From Dendrobates tinctorius (Eukaryota), in NCBI RefSeq assembly GCF_039654945.1, contig NW_027361767.1, positions 1,798,001-1,862,000 of the forward strand: DNA of 64,000 nucleotides, given 5' to 3'. This document shows, piece after piece, positions 42,897 to 55,400 of this stretch. Below the pieces are notes generated by a model. It was given only the letters and a program-made list of their open reading frames with translations. It was not told the DNA's origin and did not search any database. The position numbers were made by a program, and so were the translations under genes. The first letter of the stretch is position 1; each line of letters opens with the position of its first letter.

Positions 42897-42944
42897 TAAC
42901 AGTAATTTTGACCAGGGGTGCCCAAACTTTTACATACCACTGTA

Positions 42945-43190
42945 GCTGTAATATTAGTGCACCTGTGCGGTATTTTTTGTGTTATAGGTGGCATTGCCCT
43001 CTGTTGATATATGGTTATAATATATTAGTGCACCTGTGCAGTATTTTTTATATTGCTCGTGGTGTTTTCACGTCTACTGATATATAGATATAATATACTA
43101 GTGCACCTGTGCGGTATATTTTATGCTACACAGGTGTGTTGACCTCTTCTGATATATGGGTATGATATATTTCTGCACCTGTGTGGTTGT
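42945..43190 (+). repeat. Degenerate 71-73-bp tandem repeat (TATTAGTGCACCTGTGCGGTATTTT...)
   Basis: About 3.5 copies; part of a further copy lies left of the Tc1 at about 39390-39438. Confidence 0.65.
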
Positions 43191-44021
43191 GGGAACTGCA
43201 TGTGCAGGTCGGTTCAGGTTTAGTCAGGCTGGATGAGGACGTTGTAGAAGATCTATGGGACCTCAGGCTGTTTTTTCTTTTTTTCAGTTTTTGCAATCAG
43301 TAAGCATGCTGAGACTTATAGTTCCATCATATATTATGTGGCAAGGGTTTAATCCTAAACACAGGCATAAAATGAAGCTCTTTGGACCCAATGCAAAATA
43401 TCCAACAGGGTCATCAACTATTAATAAAATGTGTCTTATTTGATGCAAAGGGACCTTTTGGGGACCCCCTGATCCAAAGGGGATAATATGGGAACAGATA
43501 CCCTCAGGATAATGCACAGGTGCAGCTGAGACCAAGTGTAGACTGTGGGGGTCCACTGTATCACCCTTCCCCCTACACCTGGACAATTACATGCTGGGGT
43601 GGGAGGAGGAGGGCAGAGGTGTCTGGGTGGGGAGGGGTGAGGTTTAGGGGAGAGACAGGACATGCTGGGTTAGTTGGGAGAAAGTTTTTCTTCTGTGCAA
43701 GAGACAGAGAGGAGGAACCTGGGCTGGTGAGTGTTACCTTATATTATAGGGGGGCCCTTATAATTTACCGTCATGTGACCCAGGACAGGGGCCCTGGCAC
43801 CGGGCTCTAAATGTAGGGTAATCTGTGCGGTCACCCAGAACTAATCAACTGCCCATGCTGAAAGGGCATATACCAGAAACTGCACAACTTATGGATCGCT
43901 GTATGGCGGTATTATTCACTAGTCCTAGTACCGTAATGTTTAGTATGGTGGCATTATGTGAGCGCGGTGTGGTATGGTGGAACAGTATGGCATTATTTGA
44001 CCACCACCGGTGTACACCTAA

Positions 44022-44220
44022 GGCTGTGTTCACATGTTGAATGCGGTGTATTTCTGCCAAATTTTGGCTGCAAAAAATGCTGCATGTGAACACAGTCTAA
44101 AGACCATGTTTCCACGATGGCGTCAGGTATTCTGCACCCATTATAGGCTACTTGCATTTTTTTTGTTTTTTTTTTAAAAAAGATGCACAGTGCAAAAAAG
44201 CGCATGGTGGGAACATGGCC
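44022..44220. mobile_element. Two adjacent tiny Harbinger-type MITEs (44022-44097 and 44102-44220)
   Basis: TIRs GGCTGTGTTCACATG / CATGTGAACACAGTC with TAA TSD, and GACCATGTTTCCAC / GTGGGAACATGGCC followed by TAA. Confidence 0.6.
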
Positions 44221-45257
44221 TAAGCTTACCCACACTGCTCATCCCTCGGACCCCCCTGGCAGCCGCTTATCTCCTGTGTGAACAGACAGATAATTGGGGG
44301 TGTTGAAATCCATTTCTTCCCTAGGAGTGAAGTGGTGACTCCCAACCCCATATGCGTTATGTAATATGTGGGGACGTCTCCACTACCGAAATCTGGTGGT
44401 TCTGAACAAAATGGAGAAATGGCGGCACAAACGCTGCTTTTTCCATTGATTTGTAGCCTAATGTTGTGGGGCTCGGTGGCCATAAGTGTTCAGGATGGGA
44501 ATAATCCTGCAGTCTGGCCCAGGCAGCCATGATGGCCATCTCCTCTATTCTGGATTATCGTGGTGGTGTCTGTATCTAGGGTCGCTCGGTGACCACCACA
44601 ATGGCCGCCATTCTGCCCCCCTCTGGATTGTGTTCCTACGCGTCTAATTCCCCCAGTGACCTCTGATCTTAGGGGCTTTTTTTATGAGCAAAACGCCCGT
44701 ATAAAAATCAATAAGTAGCGGCCTGTATCAAGGGTAACGTCCTAATCATGGCTCCTGGGGTTAGTGCAGGCCCGGCCTACTGTGAATGCTATAGTCCTTG
44801 TTCCCGTTTCACTACAGATCAGGACTCTGGGAAAGCTGGGTGACAACCATTGTACAAACATGTCAGTCACGGGGGCCTTCAGCGGTGTGTTTCCAGTTTT
44901 CTAAGAAGATGGCCGCTCTTCCGATTGTCACCCGTCACCATGGCCATAAAGACGTAAGCCACGCTTTACTGGAAGCTCCCGCCATCCTGGCACCTCGGCT
45001 CCTTAGACATATTCTCCTTGACACTGAGGTGATCGGAGTTTGTACTCGTTCATTGTTCTCAGAAAAGTCTCCAAACTCAGAGAGGGTCCGTGTGCTGCCA
45101 TTACTGACAGTCACTACAGGATGTCGTCTGGTAACCAGAAGCCGGCACCTATACAACATGAGATGAGGAGAACATGGCTGCTTCCACTTATGATCTATTC
45201 CCATCTTGCCGTGTTCCCATTGCATAGACCGCCTTAAACGGCTGTATCCTAATCTCC

Positions 45258-45618
45258 ATATAGCCCTCCTGGCTGTTATAACCTGATATAGCCCTCCTGG
45301 CTGTTATAACCTGATATAGCCCTCCTGGCTGTTATAACCTGATATAGCCCTCCTGGCTGTTATAACCTGATATAGCCCTCCTGGCTGTTATAACCTGATA
45401 TAGCCCTCCTGGCTGTTATAACCTGATATAGCCCTCCTGGCTGTTATAACCTGATATAGCCCTCCTGGCTGTTATAACCTGATATAGCCCTCCTGGCTGT
45501 TATAACCTGATATAGCCCTCCTGGCTGTTATAACCTGATATAGCCCTCCTGGCTGTTATAACCTGATATAGCCCTCCTGGCTGTTATAACCTGATATAGC
45601 CCTCCTGGCTGTTATAAC
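45258..45618 (+). repeat. Perfect 28-bp minisatellite (ATAGCCCTCCTGGCTGTTATAACCTGAT)
   Basis: About 13 identical copies. Confidence 0.95.
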
Positions 45619-45619
45619 G

Positions 45620-46352
45620 TGATACACTGGCCTCGGCAGACAGTATCACACACATGATGAGATTAGATACACCGGCCTCGGCAGACAGTGTCACACACAC
45701 GATGAGATTAGATACACCGGCCTCGGCAGACAGTGTCACACACACGATGAGATTAGATACATCGGCCTCGGCAGACAGCGTCACACACACGCGACGAGAT
45801 TAGATACAGCGGGCTCGGCAGACAGCGTCACACACACGCGACGAGATTAGATACAGCGGGCTCGGCAGACAGCGTCACACACACGTGACGAGATTAGATA
45901 CAGCGGGCTCGGCAGACAGTGTCACACACACGCGACGAGATTAGATACAGCGGGCTCGGCAGACAGTGTCACACACACACACGCGACGAGATTAGATACA
46001 GCGGGCTCGGCAGACAGTGTCACACACACACGCGACGAGATTAGATACACCGGCCTCGGCAGACAGTGTCACACACACACGCGACGAGATTAGATACACC
46101 GGCCTCGGCAGACAGTGTCACACACACACACACACGACGAGATTAGATACACCGGCCTCGGCAGACAGTGTCACACACACACACACGCGACGAGATTAGA
46201 TACAGCGGGCTCGGCAGACAGTGTCACACACGCGACGATATTAGATACACCGGCCTCGGCAGACAGTGTCACACACACACGACGAGATTAGATACACCGG
46301 CCTCGGCAGACAGTGTCACACACACGCGATGAGATTAGATACAGCGGGCTTG
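45620..46352 (+). repeat. 42-50-bp minisatellite with an internal variable (CA)n tract (GGCAGACAGTGTCACAC...GAGATTAGATACAC)
   Basis: About 16 copies, ending just before the BEST2 acceptor site. Confidence 0.9.
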
Positions 46353-46421
46353 GCAGTATACGGACATATAATGGCCGCCATTTCTTGCTGTATTGCAGGT
46401 ACCCGAGCCCAGCTGGGCATT

Positions 46422-49400
46422 ATGACGGTGACATACACGGCCCGTGTGGCTAATGCCCGGTTCGGGGGCTTCTATAAGCTGCTGCTGCTGTGGCGGGGCA
46501 GTATATACAAGCTGCTATACAAGGAGTTCCTGGTGTTCTTCATGATGTACGCGGGCCTCAGTATCACATACAGGTAAGATGGCCGCTGTGGGCGTCACTC
46601 ACCGGGATCTCGTGGTTTTTAGCGCCTTTTTTCTGTTTTCTCAGGTTCTTCCTCACTGACAATCAGAGACGCTGCTTCGAGAAAGTGTCACTTTACTGCA
46701 ATAACTACGCCAACCTCATCCCCGTGTCCTTCGTGCTCGGTGAGGGCCTCGAGACCACCGCTGACCCCACGCGTCACTGATATATGGTCGAGTAACATTT
46801 AGCCATAGAGCGTGGATGTAACTGAGGCGTGGGTCATACCGTGCCTCCATTACATCATTCCTAGGCGGCGCTCTTGACACGTGCCACATTTCCTTCTCTC
46901 AGGTTTCTATGTCACGCTGGTAGTGAACCGCTGGTGGAACCAGTACCTCTGCATGCCAATGCCGGACAGGGTGATGTGTGCCATCTCCGCCACCGTCCAT
47001 GGCTCCGACGAGCAGGGGAGAATGTACCGCCGCACACTGATGCGTTACTGCAGCATGTCCGGTCTGCTCATCCTGCGCTCAGTCAGCACGGCCGCGTTCA
47101 AGAGATTCCCCACCGTAGATCACGTGGTGGAAGCAGGTGAGGCTTCCCCCCCTCCCTCCCGTGCTGCTGAGGCTTCCCCCCCCCCCCTCCTGTGCTGCTG
47201 AGGCTTCCCCCCCCCCCTCCTGTGCTGCTGAGGCTTCCCCCCCCCTCCCTCCCGTGCTGCTGAGGCTTCCCCCCTCCCTCCCGTGCTGCTGAGGCTTCCC
47301 CCCTCCCTCCCGTGCTGCTGAGGCTTCCCCCCCCCTCCCGTGCTGCTGAGGCTTCCCCCCTCCCTCCCGTGCTGCTGAGGCTTCCCCCCCCCCTCCCTCC
47401 CGTGCTGCTGAGGCTTCCCCCCCCCCCTCCCTCCCGTGCTGCTGAGGCTTCCCCCCCCCCCCCTCCCTCCCGTGCTGCTGAGGCTTCCCCCCCCCCTCCC
47501 TCCCGTGCTGCTGAGGCTTCCCCCCTCCCTCCTGTGCTGCTGAGGCTTCCCCCTCCCTCCCGTGCTGCTGAGGCTTTCCCCCTCCCTCCCGTGCTGCTGA
47601 GGCTTCCCCCCCCCCCTCCCGTGCTGCTGAGGCTTCCCCCCCCCCCCTCCCGTGCTGCTGAGGCTTCCCCCCCCCCCCCTCCCGTGCTGCTGAGGCTTCC
47701 CCCCCCCCTCCTGTGCTGCTGAGGCTTCCCCCCCCCCCCTCCTGTGCTGCTGAGGCTTCCCCCCCCCCCTCCCGTGCTGCTGAGGCTTCCCCCCCCCCCC
47801 CCGTGCTGCTGAGGCTTCCCCCCCCCCTCCTGTGCTGCTGAGGCTTCCCCCCCCCCCCTCCTGTGCTGCTGAGGCTTCCCCCCCCCCCTCCCGTGCTGCT
47901 GAGGCTTCCCCCCCCCCCCCGTGCTGCTGAGGCTTCCCCCCCCCCCTCCCGTGCTGCTGAGGCTTCCCCCCCCCCCTCCCGTGCTGCTGAGGCTTCCCCC
48001 CTCCCTCCCGTGCTGCTGAGGCTTCCCCCCCCCCCTCCTGTGCTGCTGAGGCTTCCCCCCCCCCCCTCCTGTGCTGCTGAGGCTTCCCCCCCCCCCTCCC
48101 GTGCTGCTGAGGCTTCCCCCCCCTCCCGTGCTGCTGAGGCTTCCCCCCCCCTCCTGTGCTGCTGAGGCTTCCCCCCCCCCCCTCCTGTGCTGCTGAGGCT
48201 TCCCCCCCCCCCCTCCTGTGCTGCTGAGGCTTCCCCCCCCCCCTCCCGTGCTGCTGAGGCTTCCCCCCCCCCCTCCTGTGCTGCTCTGCATGTAATTGTA
48301 ACAAAACCCCAGTGGGGTCTGTACGTGTCACTAGGAGGATGGGGGTGATTGCGTGACTCTGGTGCCCCTTTATTTTCCCGCAGGGTTTATGACTCGTCAC
48401 GAGAGGAAGAAGTTTGAGAATCTGCGCTCCTCCTATAATAAGTACTGGGTCCCGTGCGTCTGGTTCTGTAGCCTGGCCGCCCAGGCGCGGAGCGAGGGCA
48501 GAATCCGGGATGACCATGCATATAACATGCTGATAGAGGTGAGGGGGGCTGGCGATATGGGGCGATGCTCTGCAGGATCTTATTACACTCAGGCCGGTTT
48601 CACACATCAGTTTTTTTCTCAGTTAAAATCCGCTAAAATGGCGGATAGCGGGTCCGTTCCTGCACTGACCACAACGTTTGGCACCGACCGTTGTTTTAAT
48701 GGATCCGTCAAAGGAAGAATTTTAAAGGAACCGCTGCTTGGGGAGGGGGGGGGAGAATTTTTTTCAGCCGCCAGAACAGAGTTTAGGGTTAAATTTGCGG
48801 CCGAGGCAAATCCTCCGGGCATGCGCAGTGTAAAATGCAGATCCGGCCGCCCGAAAAAACATTGCAGGGTCCGTCCAGACATGTCGGCGGACGCCAATAT
48901 TTTGGCGTATCCGCAAAAAAATGGATCCAACGGATGGCCGTCCGTCAAGACCCGCTGGTAACGCAACTCAATGGGGAAAAAAATGGATCCGCCAAGCAAA
49001 ATGGCGGATCCGTTTCTTTTGCAAAATGGCGGATCTTGACTGATTTGGAAAAACTGATGTGTGAAACAGGCCTAATGGACACCCATCATCTCCTGAATGT
49101 TAGACAGTAGATATGCGAGAATATTCCTTTACATTTTTTTTTTTTTTTAAATCTTTCCTAGACCACTAGGGGGAGCTCACTGCTTATGGATTTTCTATAC
49201 AGAGCGCAAGAAGCTGCAAAAATCCATATTATGTGAGCTCCCCCTAGTGTTAGGTGTAGCCCATACAGTTTTTTAAATAGGTTTTAGCTAGGTGGTGCTG
49301 CTTTCAAGTGTCCACCACAAGGTGGCACTATTAGCATGTGATGAACACTAGGTGGCGCAATGATCATATAGTGAACAAATGCCATTGTTACACTGATATG

Positions 49401-52400
49401 AACAGTAGGGACCTCACATTTTTTGTGTGTAGCCATATTGGAATTCTTGAATTCAGTAATTGCAGTCATGTTGCAATATATATATATATATATATATATA
49501 TCTGTGTGTGTATGTCCGGGATTGGCATCCTCACCGTCAGTCACAAAATTTGGCACAGTCACACGTCTGGACCCCGAGAGCGTCATAGGCTATGTTGTGA
49601 GGCGAAATTTTAACCCCACGCGTTCCAATTCACCAAACAATTTTGCCCCTATCTACATAATGGGGAAAAAGTGAAAGGAAAAGTGTTGGCGGCAAATTGA
49701 CAGCTGTCAGATGTGAACAAGGGGGACTTAAAGAATGAGAGCGATGGCGCCAAACAGTATATACCGTACAGTTACTAAGATGGGGCCCTGACATGGGATA
49801 CTCACCACACACGGGGATATGAACACACAACATGCGCCACACACTACCACGTGCTTCACCACATCTACCACCCTCAGCACACATTTCACCACACATACAC
49901 CAACCTCGCCACATAAAAGTCCAAACACAAAAGTCGCCACTCAAAACTCGCCACGCTGTCCCAGAGCTGTTTAAGAGATGAACGCTGAGCTGTGATTGGC
50001 TGCTATCAGCAACAGTTTTCTTTGTAGACAGTTGTGGTAACTGAGGCCTATTATTCTTATCATTTCTATGGTGTTATCGTCCTTCTGTAAAGCTGGAAAT
50101 AACACAATATATTACCGTGCCAACACAGACCACCCTCTGACACAGACTGCAGGGGGAGCCCAGTATCACACAGGATAGGATTAGATACATGGCCCAGTAT
50201 CACACAGGATAGGATTAGATACACGGCTCAGCAGTCAGTATCACACAGGAGAGGATTAGGCCTGTTTCACACTTCCGTTTTTTCAAATCCGTCAAAATCC
50301 GTTGTTTTCCGTTAAAAAACGGATCCGCCATTTTTTGCAGGATCCGTTTTTTTTGTCCCATAGACTTCCATTAGCGGTTACCGCGGATCCATCAAAAAAC
50401 GGAAACGGATCCGTTTGGCGGACACAAAAACGGAAGTGTGAAACAGGCCTTAGATACACGGCTCAGCAGTCAGTATCACACAGGAGAGGATTAGATACAC
50501 AGCTCAGCAGTCAGTATCACACAGGATAGGATTAGATACACGACTCAGCAGTCAGTATCACACAGGATAGGATTAGATACACGACTCAGCAGTCAATATC
50601 ACACAGGATAGGATTAGATACACGACTCAGCAGTCAGTATCACACAGGATAGGATTAGATACACGACTCAGCAGTCAATATCACACAGGATAGGATTAGA
50701 TACACGACTCAGCAGTCAGTATCACACAGGATAGGATTAGATACACGGCTCAGCAGACAGTATCACACAGGAGAGGATTAGATACATGGCTCAGCAGACA
50801 GTATCACACAGGAGAGGATTAGATACACGGCTCAGCAGACAGTATCACACAGGAGAGGATTAGATACACGGCTCAGCAGTCAGTATCACACAGGAGAGGA
50901 TTAGATACACGGCTCAGCAGACAGTATCACACAGGAGAGGATTAGATACACAGCTCATCAGACAGTATCACACAGGAGAGGATTAGATACACGGCTCATC
51001 AGACAGTATCACACAGGAGAGGATTAGATACATGGCTCAGCAGTCAGTATCACACAGGATAGGATTAGATACACGGCTCAGCGGTCAGTATCACACAGGA
51101 TAGGATTAGATACACGGCTCAGCGGTCAGTATCACACAGGATAGGATTAGATGCACGGTTTTTACAGTCATATGTGAAAGTTTGGGCACCCCTATTAATG
51201 TTAACCTTTTTTCTTTATAACAATTTTGGTTTCATATATCTAATAACTGATGGACTCAGTTATATTTCTGGATTCAAATGAGGTTTATTGTACTAACAGA
51301 AAATGTGCAATCTGCATTTAAACAAAATTTGACGGGTGCAAAAGTATGGGCACCTCAACATAAAAGTGACATTAATATTTCGTAGATCCTCCTTTTGCAA
51401 AAATAACAGCCTCTAGTCACTTCCTGTAGCTATTAATGAGTTCCTGGATCCTGGATGAAGGTATTTGTGACCATTCCTGTTTACAAAAAAATTCCAGTTC
51501 AGTTAAGTTTGATGGTCGCCGAGCATGGACAGCCCACTTCAAATCATCCCACAGATGTTCAATGATATTCAGGTCTGGGGACTGGGATGGCCATTCCAGA
51601 ACATTGTAATTCTTCCTCTGCATGAATGCCTGAGTAGATTTGGAGCGGTGTTTTGGATCATTGTCTTGCTGAAATATCCATCCCCTGCGTAACTTCAACT
51701 TCGTCACTGATTCTTGCACATTATTGTCAAGAATCTGCTGATACTGAGTTGAATCCATGCGACCCTCAACTTTAACAAGATTCCCGGTGCCGGCATTGGC
51801 CACACAGCCCCAAAGCATGATGGAACCTCCACCAAATTTTACTGTGGGTAGCAAGTGTTTTTCTTGGAATGCTGTGTTTTTTAGCCTCCATGCATAACGC
51901 CTTTTTGTATGACCAAACAACTCAATCTTTGTTTCATCAGTCCACAGGACCTTCTTCCAAAATGTATCTGGCTTGTCCAAATGTGCTTTTGCAGACCTCA
52001 GGCGACTCTGTTTGTGGCGTGCTTGCAGAAACGGCTTCTTTCGCATCACTCTCCCATACAGCTTCTCCTTGTGCAAAGTGCGCTGTATTGTTGCCCGATG
52101 CACAGTGACACCATCTGCAGCAAGATGATGCTGCCGGTCTTTGGAGGTGGTCTGTGGATTGTCCTTGACTGTTCTCACCATTCTTCTTCTCTGCCTTTCT
52201 GATATTTTTCTTGGCCTGCCACTTCTGGGCTTAACAAGAACTGTACCTGTGTTCTTCCATTTCCTTACTATGTTCCTCACAGTGGAAACTGACAGGTTAA
52301 ATCTCTGAGACAACTTTTTGTATCCTTCCCCTGAAAAGCTATGTTGAATAATCTTTGTTTTCAGATCATTTGAGAGTTGTTTTGAGGAGCCCATGATGCC

Positions 52401-55400
52401 ACTCTTCATAGGAGAATCAAATAGGAGAACTACTTGCAAGTGGCCACCTTAAATACCTTTTCTCATGATTTGATACACCTGGCTATGAAGTTCAAAGCTC
52501 AATGAGGTTACAAAACCAATTTAGTGCTTCAGGAAGTCAGTAAAAAGTAGATAGGAGTGTTCAAATCAAGAAAATGATAAGGGTGCCCATACTTTTGCAC
52601 CGGTCAAATTTTGTTAAAATGCAGATTGCACATTTTCTGTTAGTACAATAAACCTCATTTGAATCCAGAAATATAACTGAGTCCATCAGTTATTAGATAT
52701 ATGAAACTGAAATAGCTGTTGCAAAAACCAAAATTGTTATAAAGAAAAAAGGTTAACATTAATTGGGGTGCCCAAACTTTAACATATGACTGTATGTGCA
52801 ATATAATCATTATAATTTGTTATTACTAACCGTAGTTAGTTACTATGCCCAGGCAACGCCGGGCTATTCAGCTAGTGTATATATATAATATTTAGTCAGC
52901 CATTTGCATTAATTTGATACTATAGGTATGCAGGCCGGATCCTATATACTTTTTTTTCATGGTAGACGCCAGGTGGCGCAGTTATAATGTAGTGGACGCC
53001 AGGTGGCGCTGCCGTAATGTGATGGACACTGTTATCATTTGCCTCTAGATGGGTGTAGAGTGCCCCTTGTGGCTGATAGGAGAATAGCAGCTCTTGAAAG
53101 TCCATCTCTATAAGCTGCACTAATTCTGTTCTCCATACCCCTGCGATAGAATTAGGACTCGATCATATGTTCTCTTCCTTTCCACATTTGCAGGAACTAA
53201 ACGCTTTCCGTGGGAATTGCAGCATGCTCTTTCACTACGACTGGATCAGCGTTCCGCTTGTGTACACTCAGGTGAGGGCGAGCCATTTAGTCTTCCTGAC
53301 ATCGACACCGGCCCTTTAATTCTATCCTGCTGAACCACATAAAATACATTTCCCCAGGAATAGCGCCACGCATGGCTGTTTGTAGTATTGCAGCTAATTC
53401 TTTTGTAAGAGAATGTGGCTGAGCTGCAGTTCCACAGTCAGACTACAGACGAGAGTGGCGCTGTTTCTGAAATAAGCAAACTTTTTTTTACTTTTGGGTA
53501 AACTTTTCCTGGCATTAGGTGGTGACCATCGCTGTATACAGCTACTTTCTGACGTGCCTGATAGGACGGCAGTTCTTGGACCCCTCTCAGGGTTACAGCG
53601 GCCATGACTTGGATCTCTACGTCCCCGTCTTCACCCTCCTGCAGTTCTTCTTCTATGCCGGCTGGCTGAAGGTATTGCCTTTAGTGCTAGTGGCAGGTTT
53701 CTACGTAGCATTGCACTGTGTGTATATGGGTCATATGGTATCCCCCTCCCCCACACTTTCTAGGTGGCGGAGCAGCTCATCAACCCATTCGGGGAGGACG
53801 ATGATGACTTTGAAACCAACTTTTTGATTGACAGGAATTTCCAGGTAATGAAAGTTTCACTAGCAACTTCTCTGCAGTTCATTTTTGACGCCCTACACAA
53901 TTATTATTTTTTTTTTTTTTATTATTAAACCAAACTTAAAAGTTAGTTATATTATTTCTGGTCATTTCTCATATTATTGGAGGACTAGTGGGTAATATTA
54001 AGGATACCGGCCCCCTTCATGAGCTCCAAAGACCCCATTTTCCCTTACAAAGCTATAGATTTGTGATCACATTCTGTATACCTGCTGCCGCCACTAGGGG
54101 GAGCTCACTACATAGGGATGGATACAAGAAATTCCTATGTGGGTGAGCTCCCCCTGGTGGCAGAAAAAGGTTTTATCATAAAATTCTGCTTCTGACCAAA
54201 TGCTCTAAAAGAAATTTTCAGATACTAAGACCCCCCCAACACCACCCTAACTGTACCCCAGGAATAGGGTATATGGCTTGCCCACTTTATACCTACCAAA
54301 TCTCCTAATTACTCTGTACTACCCTCGACCCATGTGTAGGTGTCCATGCTGGCTGTCGATGAGCTGTATGGTGATGTTCCCCTTCTGGTGAAGGATAGAT
54401 ACTGGAACGACTCGGACCCTCGGCCTCCATACACTGCTGCCACTTTGTTCCAGAAGCACCAGCCTTCCTTCCAAGGATCCACATTTGACATGGCGTAAGT
54501 ATGAAGTACTTTATTGCTTGCAGGAAGCTGAGATATAGAGGGCTGTTTGTTGGGGGGTCTTTACACCACTGTCCTGGGAGAGATGGTGGAAGCGCTGCAA
54601 CAATATGACTACCATGCTCCTTCCATGTTAAGGATCTCATCAAACAGCTCCTCAAAGCTCAGCTTCCTGGGCCACCAGTGGTCACTTCTGGGGGATTTTA
54701 ACATTAATCACCTTTGAATTTTTAGGTTTGGATTCAAGATAATATTTTACTGAGAACTCCAACGAACAGCTCCTCATATCTCAGCTTCCTGGTCCCATCT
54801 GGGTGTGACATATGGACAGTAGCACCCTGAATTTAAGTGTTGAGTGATGTTGACAGCAACTTTATGTCGCACCCAAAAATGTCCAGGAAACGGAAGCAGC
54901 TGTTTGATGGGGTTCTTGATATTTAAATTGGTATTCCGATCTCCAAGATCCCATCCCAATATGTAGTAGATGTAATAATAATATCCGGAAATATCTCCAA
55001 TTAGAAATGTAGTATAGTTCTTCTGATTCGCTGTGTCTCTTAACTCACGTGCAGGACTTTAGGTATCCAGGTAACCTTGGGCATCTATGGTTGCAACCAC
55101 TAGCAACTAGCTTAACTCACTGTATCAGTGTTCGTAACCATGGATACCTAAGGTCTTGCAATGCCCTACACCTGAGGAAAGAAACATGGCTAATCAGAAA
55201 AACTATACAACATTTCTAACTGGGAGTTATTTGTTATTATTTATTATTATTACACTTACTACATATTGCGATAGGATCTTGGAGATGGGAATACCCCTTT
55301 AACGCTTTAGTGTGGGAACTCCATCAAACAGCTCCTTATATCTCAGCTTCCTGGATATTTTGGGGTGAGATGTCAGGATGGTATTGGTATTTACAGTTAA

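Larger units (their letters stand above)
39439..42942 (-). mobile_element. Old degenerate Tc1 element; both long TIRs are interrupted by younger insertions
   Basis: Left end CAGTGTCATGTAATAGTTTGTGCGCCCCTGG matches the reverse complement of the right end (...CCAGGGGTGCCCAAACTTTTACATACCACTG). Transposase remnants (WKQVLWTDEVK) at about 41245-42235. Confidence 0.8.
49501..52875 (+). mobile_element. Probable non-autonomous Helitron carrying a 39-bp tandem array; 5' boundary uncertain
   Basis: 3' hairpin GCCCAGGC-AAC-GCCGGGC at 52847-52864, then CTAG (52872-52875) followed by T; candidate 5' A|TC at 49501; no TSD. Confidence 0.6.

Noticed and set aside
47098-48607. Gly-rich 397- and 495-aa minus-strand ORFs
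   Set aside because: Translations of the C-rich intronic minisatellite.
51417-51419. Programmed read-through or selenocysteine at the in-frame TGA
   Set aside because: CpG decay of an Arg codon is simpler, and no supporting signal was seen.
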